DNA from: Pseudomonadota bacterium
GTDB taxonomy: Bacteria > Pseudomonadota > Gammaproteobacteria > Steroidobacterales > Steroidobacteraceae
Length of the DNA stretch: 51,468 bases
Reading direction: 5' to 3'
NCBI GenBank assembly: GCA_021797465.1
Contig: JAJZZR010000254.1
Coordinates: 1 to 51,468, forward strand
Every line of letters begins with the position of its first letter. Positions within the stretch are counted from its first letter, which is position 1. Below, in pieces: positions 33,919 to 43,485 of this stretch. The notes beneath the pieces are model-generated. The model was given only the letters and a program-made list of their open reading frames with translations, was not told the DNA's origin and ran no database searches. The position numbers and the translations under genes are program-made.

Positions 33919-34686
33919 ATGGCCCAATACGGTTTCGGGTCGGGGGTGGTATTTGCCGTTCCCCTGACCAATGCGCAAGGCAATCCCACTGCCAGCGGCA
34001 CGCCGGTGCGTTTCGGCGTACTGCAGGATGTGTCGGTCGATTTCAGTTTCACCAACAAGGAACTGCACGGTCAGAATCAGTTTCCGGTCGCCATCGGGCG
34101 CGGTCAGGGCAAGATCACCGGCAAGGCCAAGTTCGGGCAGTTCAACGGCGCGCTGGTGAACAGCCTGTTCTTCGGCCAGACCCTGGTGTCCGGCCAATCG
34201 GCTATTTCGGATAAGGAGGTGCTGACGATTGCATCGGACAACGGCACGGTCGCCAATTCCACGACCTTCGAGGACGACCTCGGCGTGGTCTATGCATCGA
34301 GCGGGCTGCCGCTGACCCGGGTGGCATCAATGCCCACTGCCGGGCAATACAGCGCCACCCCCGCCGGCGTGTATACCTTTGCGGCGGCGGACACCGGGAC
34401 GGTCACCGGCAACATCCTGGTGAGCTACCGCTATCAGACGACCGCCGCGGGCACGCCTGCGACCAGTGTCACGCTCACCAACCAGTTGATGGGGTACGCG
34501 CCGACCTTCCGGGCGGAACTGTACGTGCCCTATGCCAGCAAGCAGCTCGTCATCACGCTGAACCAGTGCATCGGCTCCAAGCTCAACTTTGCGACCAAGC
34601 TGGATGACTTCCTGATTCCGGAGTTCGACTTCGAGGCGTTCGCCGATGCCTCGAACACCATCGGCAGCCTCAACTTTGCGGAGTGA
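33919..34686 (+). CDS. Major tail (tube) protein
   Basis: 255 aa, AGGAG SD. Position directly upstream of the frameshifting chaperone pair. Confidence 0.7.
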   Translation: MAQYGFGSGVVFAVPLTNAQGNPTASGTPVRFGVLQDVSVDFSFTNKELHGQNQFPVAIGRGQGKITGKAKFGQFNGALVNSLFFGQTLVSGQSAISDKEVLTIASDNGTVANSTTFEDDLGVVYASSGLPLTRVASMPTAGQYSATPAGVYTFAAADTGTVTGNILVSYRYQTTAAGTPATSVTLTNQLMGYAPTFRAELYVPYASKQLVITLNQCIGSKLNFATKLDDFLIPEFDFEAFADASNTIGSLNFAE

Positions 34687-34690
34687 CGAC

Positions 34691-34960
34691 ATGGTCGACG
34701 GCAAAAACATCACGCTCAACGGGCGCGAGTTCATCATTCCTCCGGCGCCCTTGTCCTGCGTGCGCCGGTATCACGAGGTGTTCGAAGGCACGGCGCCGGT
34801 CACCCTCCTCATCATGGCCGAGATCATCCATGCGGCCTTGAAGCGCAATTATCCCGAGTTGACGCAGGAAGAAGTGGAAGACGACTACCTGGACGTGGCC
34901 AACATGCGCGAGACGTTCAACATCGTGATGAACGTCTCGGGGGCCGAAGCAAAAAAGTAG
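34691..34960 (+). CDS. Tail assembly chaperone (G-like, 89 aa)
   Basis: Position between tube and tape measure. Ends at the A_AAA_AAG slippery site. Confidence 0.78.
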   Translation: MVDGKNITLNGREFIIPPAPLSCVRRYHEVFEGTAPVTLLIMAEIIHAALKRNYPELTQEEVEDDYLDVANMRETFNIVMNVSGAEAKK

Positions 34961-35232
34961 CGTCGCCTCCCCATCCGGTCGATTGGGATCACCTCTACTG
35001 CCTGATCATCGACCGCACCGGCTGGTCGTGGGAGTACGTCGATGACCACATGGACATTCCCCGGTTGCTCAAGATGAATCGGTACTGGCGCGCGCATCCG
35101 CCGCTACGCGAGATGGTGCAGGCGTATCTGGGCATCGAGATCGGGGTGGAGGACGACAGAGAAGTCGCCAAGCAGCACAACGAGGTGGACGGGCTGATCG
35201 CGCTCTTCGGCGGAATCGGAGGCAGTTTATGA
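34691..35232 (+). CDS. Tail assembly chaperone frameshift product (GT-like), made by a -1 shift at 34951-34957
   Basis: The -1 frame is open from the slippery site to the TGA at 35230-35232, which overlaps the tape-measure ATG. Confidence 0.65.
34951..34957 (+). promoter_or_regulatory. Programmed -1 ribosomal frameshift heptamer A_AAA_AAG
   Basis: Zero frame reads GCA AAA AAG TAG. The heptamer lies at the last two sense codons. Confidence 0.7.
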
Positions 35233-37616
35233 GCAAGGTGGCGTCACTCGAGATCGAGATCGCAGCGAACGTGGCGCGGCTGACGGAGGATTTTGCGAAA
35301 GCAAAAAAGGAAGTCAGCTCATCCATGGCCGGCATCCAGAGCCAGGTCAAGGACTCGATGAATGGCGTCATCGACTCGATGGATGGGGTCAACAAGAAGA
35401 TCGCCGCCATGAATGAGGCCTTTGCGACCATCGGAGAGTTTGCGATGGCCGGCGTCATCGGCGACAAGATCATCGAGCTGGGCACGGACTTTGCCGAGAC
35501 GGCGGAAACCATCCGCCGCACGGCGCAGATCACCGGCATGACGACGACCCAGGTGCAGGAGCTGGGCTATGCCGCCACGGCGACGGGGGCGAGTTCGGAG
35601 TCGATGACGACCGGCATGCGCAAGCTCACGATGATGATCACCCAGGCCAAAAACGGCAGCCGGCAGGCCGTGGCGGCGTTCAGGGACGTCGGCATCTCGC
35701 AGGAGGACATCAAGAGCAGCAGCCCACATGCGATCCTGATGCAAATCGCCGACGCCTACCACCGGTCGGCCGATGATGCATCGAAATCGGCCAACGCGCA
35801 GATGCTGTTCGGTCGCGCCGGCGCCGACCTCATTCCGACCCTGAATCAGGGGAGTGCCGGACTCGATGATCTGGGCGCCAAGGCGCGAGAACTCGGCGTG
35901 GTCCTGGATGCGAGCGCGATCGAAAAGGGCGAGAAAGCGGCCGACACCTTCAAGGAGGTGGGTGCGGTCACCCGGGCCACCGGCATGAAGCTCGGCGCCG
36001 ACCTGGTACCGGGACTCGAAACGCTCGCCGTGGCGTTCGTCGACTCGGCCAAGGACGGCGGCGCGCTGCACGGTGCGGTGCAAGCGCTCGATGCGATCAT
36101 CCTGGGCGCCACCGAGGTCATCACGACGGCTGTCAATACCGTGCACGCCTTCGGCGATGCGCTGGGGGCGATTGCCGCCGCCATCGCGCATCCGATGAGT
36201 GCCAAGACCATCTGGCAGGACTGGGCGCATGACGTGGATGCGTTGCAGGCCAAGCAAGACAAGTTCTTTGCCAGCCTGCACGCGGATCGATCGGACGTGT
36301 CAGGCGGTGGAGAATCGGGCGGCGAATCCGCATCGGGTCACATCGGCTCGGACATGGGAATCGGCAGATCGGCACGCGCGCATCATCGCGCTTCGCATCA
36401 TCGCGCCGCACACCAGGCATCCCGAATGGGAAACTACGAGCAGCAGCTGGCCGATGCGCAGATCTACTACCAGCAGACGCATGATCTGCGCCAGATGTCA
36501 CTCGAAGATGAGATCTCCTACTGGCAGAAGATTCTCGACCAAGCCAACGTTTCTGCCGGCGACCGCATCGCCATCGAGCGGCGCGTGTCGCAGCTGAAAC
36601 TCTCCGTACTCAAGACATCGGCCGCCGACCGGCAAAAGATGTCGTCCGAACAGATCAGTGCCGACGAACAGACGGCATTGAACGCGGTGGCGATCGACAA
36701 GCAGAAAGCGGAAGCGGCGCTCAAGACCGGCGCGATCACGCAAGACGAACTGCTGAAGCGCAAGATCCAGTTCGAGGACCGGAAATACCAGATCGAGCGG
36801 GACGCGCAGCAAAAGCGCATCGCCGCGATGCAGGGCGATCCCAACCAGGATCCGGCCGCCTTGCAGCAGCAACTCGACAAGCTCACACAGATCCAGCAGC
36901 AGCACCTGCTTCAGCTTCAGACGATGCAGACACAGGCGGCGCACCGCACCCGATCCATCTGGGATCCGGTCTTCAAGTCCATGAGCCAGGCGTTCGACAC
37001 CACGGTCAAGGGCATGATCATGGGCACGACCACCTGGCAGAAGGGTATGCACAACCTGATGCGCTCGGTGCTGGGCGAGTTCGTCAATATGGGTGTGCAG
37101 ATGGTGACGACCTGGGCGGACAACGAGGTCACCCGCACCGTGGCTTCGGTCACCGGGACGCAAGAGCGCTCGGCAGCCGAGGAGTCGGCCAATGCCGCAG
37201 GACTGCTGAGTTCCGCCGAAACCGTCATCAAGGCGATCATGAACGACGCCGTCAAGGTGTTCTCCGGAGTCTGGGCAGCCTTGTCAGGCATTCCGTATGT
37301 GGGGCCTGTCCTGGCAGCGGCTTCGGCACCTGCGGCCATGGCGACCGTGGCGGGTGTTGCCAGCAGCGTCGCGTCCTCGGCCGGGGGTGACTGGCAGATT
37401 CCCTCGGATCGACTCAACTTCGTGCACAGGAACGAGACGATCCTTCCTGCCGACAAGTCGAAAGGACTGGATGACCTGATTCGCAATGGTTCTGCCGGAT
37501 CGGGCGCGCCGATCCACATCCACGGCAATCCGGCGAGCACCTTCACCATGAGCCAGCTGCAGACGATGCTGCGGCAGATGGGGCGCAACTTCGTGCCCGT
37601 GACGCGCTATCCGTGA
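35229..37616 (+). CDS. Tape measure protein
   Basis: 795 aa, Ala/Gln-rich coiled-coil sequence, canonical position. Confidence 0.9.
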   Translation: MSKVASLEIEIAANVARLTEDFAKAKKEVSSSMAGIQSQVKDSMNGVIDSMDGVNKKIAAMNEAFATIGEFAMAGVIGDKIIELGTDFAETAETIRRTAQITGMTTTQVQELGYAATATGASSESMTTGMRKLTMMITQAKNGSRQAVAAFRDVGISQEDIKSSSPHAILMQIADAYHRSADDASKSANAQMLFGRAGADLIPTLNQGSAGLDDLGAKARELGVVLDASAIEKGEKAADTFKEVGAVTRATGMKLGADLVPGLETLAVAFVDSAKDGGALHGAVQALDAIILGATEVITTAVNTVHAFGDALGAIAAAIAHPMSAKTIWQDWAHDVDALQAKQDKFFASLHADRSDVSGGGESGGESASGHIGSDMGIGRSARAHHRASHHRAAHQASRMGNYEQQLADAQIYYQQTHDLRQMSLEDEISYWQKILDQANVSAGDRIAIERRVSQLKLSVLKTSAADRQKMSSEQISADEQTALNAVAIDKQKAEAALKTGAITQDELLKRKIQFEDRKYQIERDAQQKRIAAMQGDPNQDPAALQQQLDKLTQIQQQHLLQLQTMQTQAAHRTRSIWDPVFKSMSQAFDTTVKGMIMGTTTWQKGMHNLMRSVLGEFVNMGVQMVTTWADNEVTRTVASVTGTQERSAAEESANAAGLLSSAETVIKAIMNDAVKVFSGVWAALSGIPYVGPVLAAASAPAAMATVAGVASSVASSAGGDWQIPSDRLNFVHRNETILPADKSKGLDDLIRNGSAGSGAPIHIHGNPASTFTMSQLQTMLRQMGRNFVPVTRYP

Positions 37617-38812
37617 ACCTCCTGCTGGCGTGGGAACTGGGTGGCAATTGGGGCCACTTGGCACGCGATCTGCCGGTGCTGCGCCGCTTGCAGGCCGAGG
37701 GACACGACGTCCTGTATGCGGTGCGTGAGCAGCACCTCGCGCCCGCCCGGTTCGCCTCGAGCGGCATCCCCTGCGTGGCCGCCCCCACGGGTGCTGCGAT
37801 CCGCCGGATACCGCGCAACCTTGCCGGCTATGCCGCCATACTGTTTGCCGACGGGTTTGGCGATGCGGCGATTTTGGCTCAACGACTGGCCGGCTGGATC
37901 AACCTTTTTGCCGAGCACGAGACCGATGTGCTGCTGGCGGATTACGCGCCCGGCGCGCTGCTGGCCGCGCGCGTGGCCGGGATCCCGTCCGTCACCTGCG
38001 GCAGCGGTTTCGAGATTCCGCCGGACGTGGCGTCGCTGCCCTCGTTCTTGACGAATGCGGCGCAGGACGAGGCGGCGCGCAGGTTCTCCGAGGGTCTGGT
38101 GCTGTTCAATGTGAACCAGGCGTTGCATCGCCTTGGGAGGATGCCGCTGGAGCGGCTGGCGCAAGCGTTCCAGGGTACGCGCAATGTGTTCACCACCTTT
38201 GCCGAACTCGATCACATCGCGGATCGAGCGGCGGGCGCCCTCTATGCCGGAGCGGTGCAGGACCTGCCTGGCGGGATGGCGGCGGGTTGGAACGGCGCGA
38301 ACACGCCCCGCGTGCTCATGTATCTGCGCGAAATGGGACCGGCCATCGACGAGGTGCTGCACGTCCTGGACGGGATCGGCGCCGAGGTGATCGCCGTGCT
38401 CCCGGACGCAGGATCGATCCGGCGCGTTCACGCCGATGCCCGGGTGTTCCGGCAGCCGGTGCGCTTCGATGGATTGCTCGGCACCGCCGTCCTTGTGATT
38501 GCCTCAGGGTCAGGAACCATCACCTCGGCGCTGCTTGCCGGTGTTCCGGTGCTCGCGTTGCCAACGACGGCCGAGCAGGCGATGTTTGCACGCAGGGTGC
38601 AGGCCATGGGCGCCGGGATTGCCGCAGACACCGGGACGGTGGCGGGGATTGCCGGCGCGATTCATCGCTTCTTGACCGACGCCACCCTCCGGACTGGGGC
38701 GAGGCGATTCGCCGCGCAATACGCCGGCTGCAGCACGGAGTCCGCCATTCACAAGGTGATCGACGCCACCCACGACGCAGCAAGGAGCCGTCCATGGTCT
38801 ATGCCATCGTGA
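37613..38812 (+). CDS. GT1-family (GT-B, MGT/UGT-like) glycosyltransferase
   Basis: N-terminal WELGGNWGHLARDLPVLRRLQAEGHDV. C-terminal GSGTITSALLAGVPVLALPTTAEQAMFARRVQAMGAG, matching the HGGxGT...P...DQ..NA signature region. GTGA overlap with the tape measure. Confidence 0.85.
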   Translation: MNLLLAWELGGNWGHLARDLPVLRRLQAEGHDVLYAVREQHLAPARFASSGIPCVAAPTGAAIRRIPRNLAGYAAILFADGFGDAAILAQRLAGWINLFAEHETDVLLADYAPGALLAARVAGIPSVTCGSGFEIPPDVASLPSFLTNAAQDEAARRFSEGLVLFNVNQALHRLGRMPLERLAQAFQGTRNVFTTFAELDHIADRAAGALYAGAVQDLPGGMAAGWNGANTPRVLMYLREMGPAIDEVLHVLDGIGAEVIAVLPDAGSIRRVHADARVFRQPVRFDGLLGTAVLVIASGSGTITSALLAGVPVLALPTTAEQAMFARRVQAMGAGIAADTGTVAGIAGAIHRFLTDATLRTGARRFAAQYAGCSTESAIHKVIDATHDAARSRPWSMPS

Positions 38813-39426
38813 CGCCACCCCCTCCAGGGTGTGGCGCCCTGTTTCCGACGCTGCCCGGCATCCAGTGGGGGGTGCAGAAGTCGCCGCAGTTCAATACGGT
38901 GACCCACCGCGCCGTATCGGGTTACGAGATTCGCGCCGCGCGCATGCAGTACCCGCTGTGGACGTTCACGCTCTCCTACGAGTTCCTGCGCGATGGCGCC
39001 TATGCCGAACTCAAGACCCTGCTGGGATTCTTCCTGCAACGGATGGGCAGTTTCTCGGCCTTCTGCTATTCGGACCCGTCCGACAACACAGTCGTCAACC
39101 AGGCGTTCGCCGTCGGCGACGGGGTGACGTCGTCGTTTCCGCTCACGCGCTCGTATGGGGGCTTTGTGGAACCGGTGCAGAACCTCGATGGCACGCCGCA
39201 GATTTATGTGGGCGGAACACTTCAGGCCCCCGCAGCATTCTCCATCGTCAACGGGCTGGTCACGTTTGCCGCACCGCCAGCCGCCGGCAGCGTGCTCGCC
39301 TGGACGGGGTCGTTCTTTTATCGCGTGCGTTTCGTGAACGACCACGCCGATTTCAACCAGTTCATGTTCGAGTTGTATGAGCTGAAGCAGATCTCGTTCG
39401 TGGGCAGTCCCTTGAACAAGGTGTGA
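38794..39426 (+). CDS. DUF2460-like distal tail protein (GTA gp12-like)
   Basis: AAGGAG 6 nt upstream of the ATG at 38794. FPTLPGIQWGV...TFTLSYEFL... pattern. Confidence 0.82.
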   Translation: MVYAIVTPPPPGCGALFPTLPGIQWGVQKSPQFNTVTHRAVSGYEIRAARMQYPLWTFTLSYEFLRDGAYAELKTLLGFFLQRMGSFSAFCYSDPSDNTVVNQAFAVGDGVTSSFPLTRSYGGFVEPVQNLDGTPQIYVGGTLQAPAAFSIVNGLVTFAAPPAAGSVLAWTGSFFYRVRFVNDHADFNQFMFELYELKQISFVGSPLNKV

Positions 39427-39430
39427 AGGC

Positions 39431-40348
39431 ATGAAGCAGGCATCCGCTCTCACTCGATCGCTGCTGGCCTCGCACCAGTTGCTCTACGCCGATCTCTACA
39501 CCCTCACGCTCATCGCCGTGGATCCGGGCGCATCGAGCGGCGGGTATGGCTACGGCGATGGGCCACCACCGCCGGTTCAGCTGTTTTATACGGACGCCGA
39601 CCAGAATCTCACCTACAACGGCAACACCTATCGGTGTACGCATCCGGCGGTGTCTCGAACCGGCACCAAGTGCTCCTTGGACCTGTCGGTCGATACGGTG
39701 GAGGTGTCGATCTTCGGGAGTGCCGCCGATCTCGTGCTGGGGGTCCCGTTTCCGCAATTCGCGTTCAACGGCGGCTTCGATGGCGCGACAGTCAGCATCG
39801 ACCGCTGTTTCATGCCGATCTATGGCGACACGTCGGCGGGCGTGGTCAACCTCTTCTTCGGCAACGTGTCGGAGGTCAAGCCCTCCCGCACGGCGGTGGT
39901 GTTGACGGTGAGTTCGCAATTCGAACTCTTGAATCTCGACATGCCGCGCAACCTGCTCTCGCCCGGCTGCATCCATTCGCTGTTCGATGCGGGATGCACG
40001 CTCACGCAAGCCCATTACGCGGCCTACGACACCGTCACCGCCGCGACGACCGGCGTCATCAGTAGCACCGGCCTCGGCCTGCCCGCGGGGTATTTCACGC
40101 AGGGCACGATCATGCTGACCTCGGGCGCCGATACGGGCGCCACCGCCACGATCAGACTGCACACGCTGGCAAACGGCGTCAACACGTTTGCGCTGGTGGC
40201 GCCCATGAACGCCGCGCCTCACGTCGGCGACAACTTCACCGCCTTCCCAGGCTGCGACAAGACGATGGCGACCTGCAGCAATCGATTCGGCAACCTGCAG
40301 AACTTTCGCGGCTGGCCGTTCGTGCCGTCCCCCACCGCGAGCACCTGA
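39431..40348 (+). CDS. DUF2163-like tail/baseplate hub protein (GTA gp13-like)
   Basis: 305 aa, ...LYTLTL...CDKTMATCSNRFGNLQNFRGWPFVP C-terminal motif. Confidence 0.82.
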   Translation: MKQASALTRSLLASHQLLYADLYTLTLIAVDPGASSGGYGYGDGPPPPVQLFYTDADQNLTYNGNTYRCTHPAVSRTGTKCSLDLSVDTVEVSIFGSAADLVLGVPFPQFAFNGGFDGATVSIDRCFMPIYGDTSAGVVNLFFGNVSEVKPSRTAVVLTVSSQFELLNLDMPRNLLSPGCIHSLFDAGCTLTQAHYAAYDTVTAATTGVISSTGLGLPAGYFTQGTIMLTSGADTGATATIRLHTLANGVNTFALVAPMNAAPHVGDNFTAFPGCDKTMATCSNRFGNLQNFRGWPFVPSPTAST

Positions 40349-40349
40349 C

Positions 40350-40799
40350 ATGCACGGCACCCGCGAAGACGTCCTCACCGAGTTGCAGGACTGGCTCGGC
40401 ACGCCCTATCACCACGCCGCGCGCGTCAAAGGCGCGGGCGTGGACTGCCTGATGCTGCTGCTGGAGGTGTACGGGCGCGCGGGCGTCTTCGCGCGCATGG
40501 GCGTGGATGTGGCGTCCATCGAGATCCCGCACTATCCGCGTGACATCATGCTGCACCGCAACGAAGAGATGTACCTCGAAGGCGTGCGCCGCTACGCGCT
40601 CGAAACCGACCGGCCCGATACCGGCAACATCGCCTTGTGGAAGTTCGGCCGGATCTACAGCCATGCGGCGATCATCACCGGCTGGCCGGCCATCATCCAC
40701 GCCCATGCCCCGGAGAAGATGGTCGTCATCGGCAACGCAACGCAGGTGGTGCTGGCACAGCGCCCGGTGCGGTTCTTCGATCCGTGGGGTACGCGATGA
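40350..40799 (+). CDS. NlpC/P60 (C40) family peptidase, tail-associated (GTA gp14-like)
   Basis: WLGTPYHHAARVKGAGVDCLMLL...SHAAII. Confidence 0.85.
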   Translation: MHGTREDVLTELQDWLGTPYHHAARVKGAGVDCLMLLLEVYGRAGVFARMGVDVASIEIPHYPRDIMLHRNEEMYLEGVRRYALETDRPDTGNIALWKFGRIYSHAAIITGWPAIIHAHAPEKMVVIGNATQVVLAQRPVRFFDPWGTR

Positions 40800-43477
40800 G
40801 CGGCCTGTTCGGCGGCGGCAACCAGCCCAAGCCGTCCGCCTGGCAAACGCCGTTGCTCGCCGGGCTGCAAATCCAGAAGACCGGATACAGCCAGCCGGTG
40901 CCCATCGTCTACGGCACCGGGCGCGTGTCGCCCACCCTGATGTACTACACCGACTGGCAGGTTCATCCGCATACGAGCTCGCAAAGTACGGGGGGCGGCA
41001 AGGGCGGTGGCGGCGGGGGCGGCTCCGTCACGACCACCACCTACACCTACTCGGCCACGGTCTGTTTCCTGCTGGCCGAAGGGCCTGTCGCCGGCGTCTT
41101 GCGCGTCTGGCGCAACCACGTGTCCTACGCCGATCCGGCGGCGGTGGGATTCACGATCTTCGCAGGCTCCAATCCGCAGGCGCCCTGGGGGTATCTCTCG
41201 TCCGCCCATCCCACCGAGGCGCTGGGTTACTCGGGCAGCGCCTATGCGGCGTATGCCAACTACGATCTGGGCAGCAACGGCTCTCTCGGCAATCACCTCT
41301 TCGAAGTCGAGGGGATCCAGATCGCCTCCGGCGCGCAGGATGCCAATCCGGCGGACATCCTCGAGGACTTCCTGAACGATCCGCACCATGGCGTACTGTC
41401 CATCTTCCCCAGCGCCTGGTCGCCGCAGACGTTCCTGAGCGATCTCACGGCCCTTCGCAACGGATGCGCCAATAACGGTCTTCTGATCAGCCCGGTGGTG
41501 GCGACCCAGCGTGCGGCGCACGACTGGATCGCCGACTGGCTGCTGGTGGCCAATGCCGGCGCGTTCTGGTCGGAGGGGATGCTCAAGATCGTGCCGTATG
41601 ACAGCCTCGCGACGGCAACCCCGGTCTACGACCTCACCGATGACGATTTCATCGCCAAGGGAGCGGAAGATCCCATCGTCGTCACGCGCAAGCGCCGGGC
41701 CGATGCCTACAACGATGTGTCGGTGGAATATCTCGATCGCGCCAACGAATACACGCCGGAACCCGCGCGGGCGACCGATCAGTCGGCCATCGAGACCTTC
41801 GGTGTGCGCACGAAACCCACGGTCACGCTGCACTCGATCTGTTTGCCGGCGGTTGCGCAACAGGTGGCGCAGACCATCCTGCTGCGCGAGCTCTATATCC
41901 TCAACACCTTCCAGTTCAAGCTCTCGCAGCGGCATTGCCTGCTGGAGCCGATGGATGTGGTGACGATCACCGACCCGATGCTCGGCCTGGACCGCACGCC
42001 GGTGCTGATCACGGCCATCGAGGAGGATGCCAGGGGGCTGCTGACCATCACGGCCGAGGAATACAGCCCGGCCTTCCACACCCCGGTCGCCTACGACACT
42101 CAGGCCGCCTCCGGCTACATCCCGAATCTGGGCACGGCACCCAGCCAGATGTCATCCGCGACACTCTTTCTGGCGCCGCCTGCCGCCACCGCCGGCGGCA
42201 ATGAAATCTGGATGGCGGTGACCAATCTCGACCCGTTGTATGCCGGTTCGCAGATCTACATGAGCTATGACGATGTGACCTATCAGCCGATCGGGGTGAT
42301 CTACGGGAACTCGACCTCTGGTGTCACGACGACCGACCTGGGCCCCGCGCCCTCCGCCGCACCCGGGGTGCTCGACACGGGCCAGACGTTCGGCGTCGAT
42401 CTCACGGCAAGCAAGGGGACGCTTGCCGGCGTCAGCCAGGCCACGCTGCTCACCTATGGCACCCTGTCTCTGGTCGGCGATGAATTCATCGCCTGGCGCG
42501 ATGCCACACTCACGGCGACCTCACGATACACGCTCGACACCCTGCTGCGCGGTCTCTATTACAGCGCCGACCAGAACGTGGCGGCGGCAGGCGCCCGTTT
42601 CGTTCGGTGCGATGAGACGCTGTTTCGCTATCCGTACAACCCCGCCTTGCAAGGCAAGACGCTGTATTTCAAGTTCGTGGCGTTCAATGCCGGTGCGGTG
42701 GCCGTTCAGGACATCGCCCAGGTGCCCGCCGTGGCATTCACCGTCGGGGGGCAGCTGAGCATCCCGCCCGCGCCCGCCGGCCTCGATGCAGCGCAAAGCG
42801 GCGCATCCATGAATTTCACCTGGATCGGTTCAGGCGTGGCCGGCGCACGCTACGCGCTGCGCTATGTGCCGCAAGGCCATGCCGTCAATTGGCGCGATGG
42901 CGTGCTGATCGCAACCGGCATCACGCAGACGTCCTACGCGTCATCCCAGGTGGTGCCCGGCACCTGGACGTTCCTGCTGGCGGCAGAAGATTCGGGGGGC
43001 AATGACTCGGCGCCCGCCGTGCTGGACTTCACCGTCACCGATCCCCTGACCGTGCAGGCAATGCTCGAGTGCGCGCCGCAGTGGCCGGGGACCTTGACCC
43101 ACATGGTCGAGCACTGGACGGGCAAGCTCGTCCCGCAGGGACAAAACCCGACGATCGACGACGGCTGGGAGACCTTCGATGCGCTGGTGGCCAATCCCTT
43201 CCCCATCTGCGCGTTCGAGTCTGGCCAGATCATCGATCTGGGCTCGGTCAAAACCGTGCGTGCCTGGGCCGCGTTTGCCGGCACCCTGCCGATCCCAGGT
43301 GGCGTGTCCCAGCCGCAACTCTGGATCGACGGGAGTCTCGACGGTGTGACGTACGACGGTTACAGCCAGTGGGGCAACGGCACCGTGACCGCGCGTTTCG
43401 TCAAGGCCAAAGTCGTGATCAACACCGCGCAGGGCACGCCGTGCCTGTCCGAATTCAACGTCACACTCGATAGGTGA
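40796..43477 (+). CDS. Host-specificity / central tail fibre protein (lambda J / GTA gp15-like)
   Basis: 893 aa, N-terminal GLQIQKTGYSQPVPIVYGTGRV, canonical position, ATGA coupling. Confidence 0.88.
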   Translation: MSGLFGGGNQPKPSAWQTPLLAGLQIQKTGYSQPVPIVYGTGRVSPTLMYYTDWQVHPHTSSQSTGGGKGGGGGGGSVTTTTYTYSATVCFLLAEGPVAGVLRVWRNHVSYADPAAVGFTIFAGSNPQAPWGYLSSAHPTEALGYSGSAYAAYANYDLGSNGSLGNHLFEVEGIQIASGAQDANPADILEDFLNDPHHGVLSIFPSAWSPQTFLSDLTALRNGCANNGLLISPVVATQRAAHDWIADWLLVANAGAFWSEGMLKIVPYDSLATATPVYDLTDDDFIAKGAEDPIVVTRKRRADAYNDVSVEYLDRANEYTPEPARATDQSAIETFGVRTKPTVTLHSICLPAVAQQVAQTILLRELYILNTFQFKLSQRHCLLEPMDVVTITDPMLGLDRTPVLITAIEEDARGLLTITAEEYSPAFHTPVAYDTQAASGYIPNLGTAPSQMSSATLFLAPPAATAGGNEIWMAVTNLDPLYAGSQIYMSYDDVTYQPIGVIYGNSTSGVTTTDLGPAPSAAPGVLDTGQTFGVDLTASKGTLAGVSQATLLTYGTLSLVGDEFIAWRDATLTATSRYTLDTLLRGLYYSADQNVAAAGARFVRCDETLFRYPYNPALQGKTLYFKFVAFNAGAVAVQDIAQVPAVAFTVGGQLSIPPAPAGLDAAQSGASMNFTWIGSGVAGARYALRYVPQGHAVNWRDGVLIATGITQTSYASSQVVPGTWTFLLAAEDSGGNDSAPAVLDFTVTDPLTVQAMLECAPQWPGTLTHMVEHWTGKLVPQGQNPTIDDGWETFDALVANPFPICAFESGQIIDLGSVKTVRAWAAFAGTLPIPGGVSQPQLWIDGSLDGVTYDGYSQWGNGTVTARFVKAKVVINTAQGTPCLSEFNVTLDR

Positions 43478-43485
43478 GGATCATC

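Noticed and set aside
37613-38812. Glycosyltransferase as a classical O-antigen seroconversion (gtr-like) module
   Set aside because: There are no GtrA/GtrB-like flippase or bactoprenol-transferase partners, the protein has no membrane-spanning segments, and the gene has no promoter of its own. It is translationally coupled to late tail genes.
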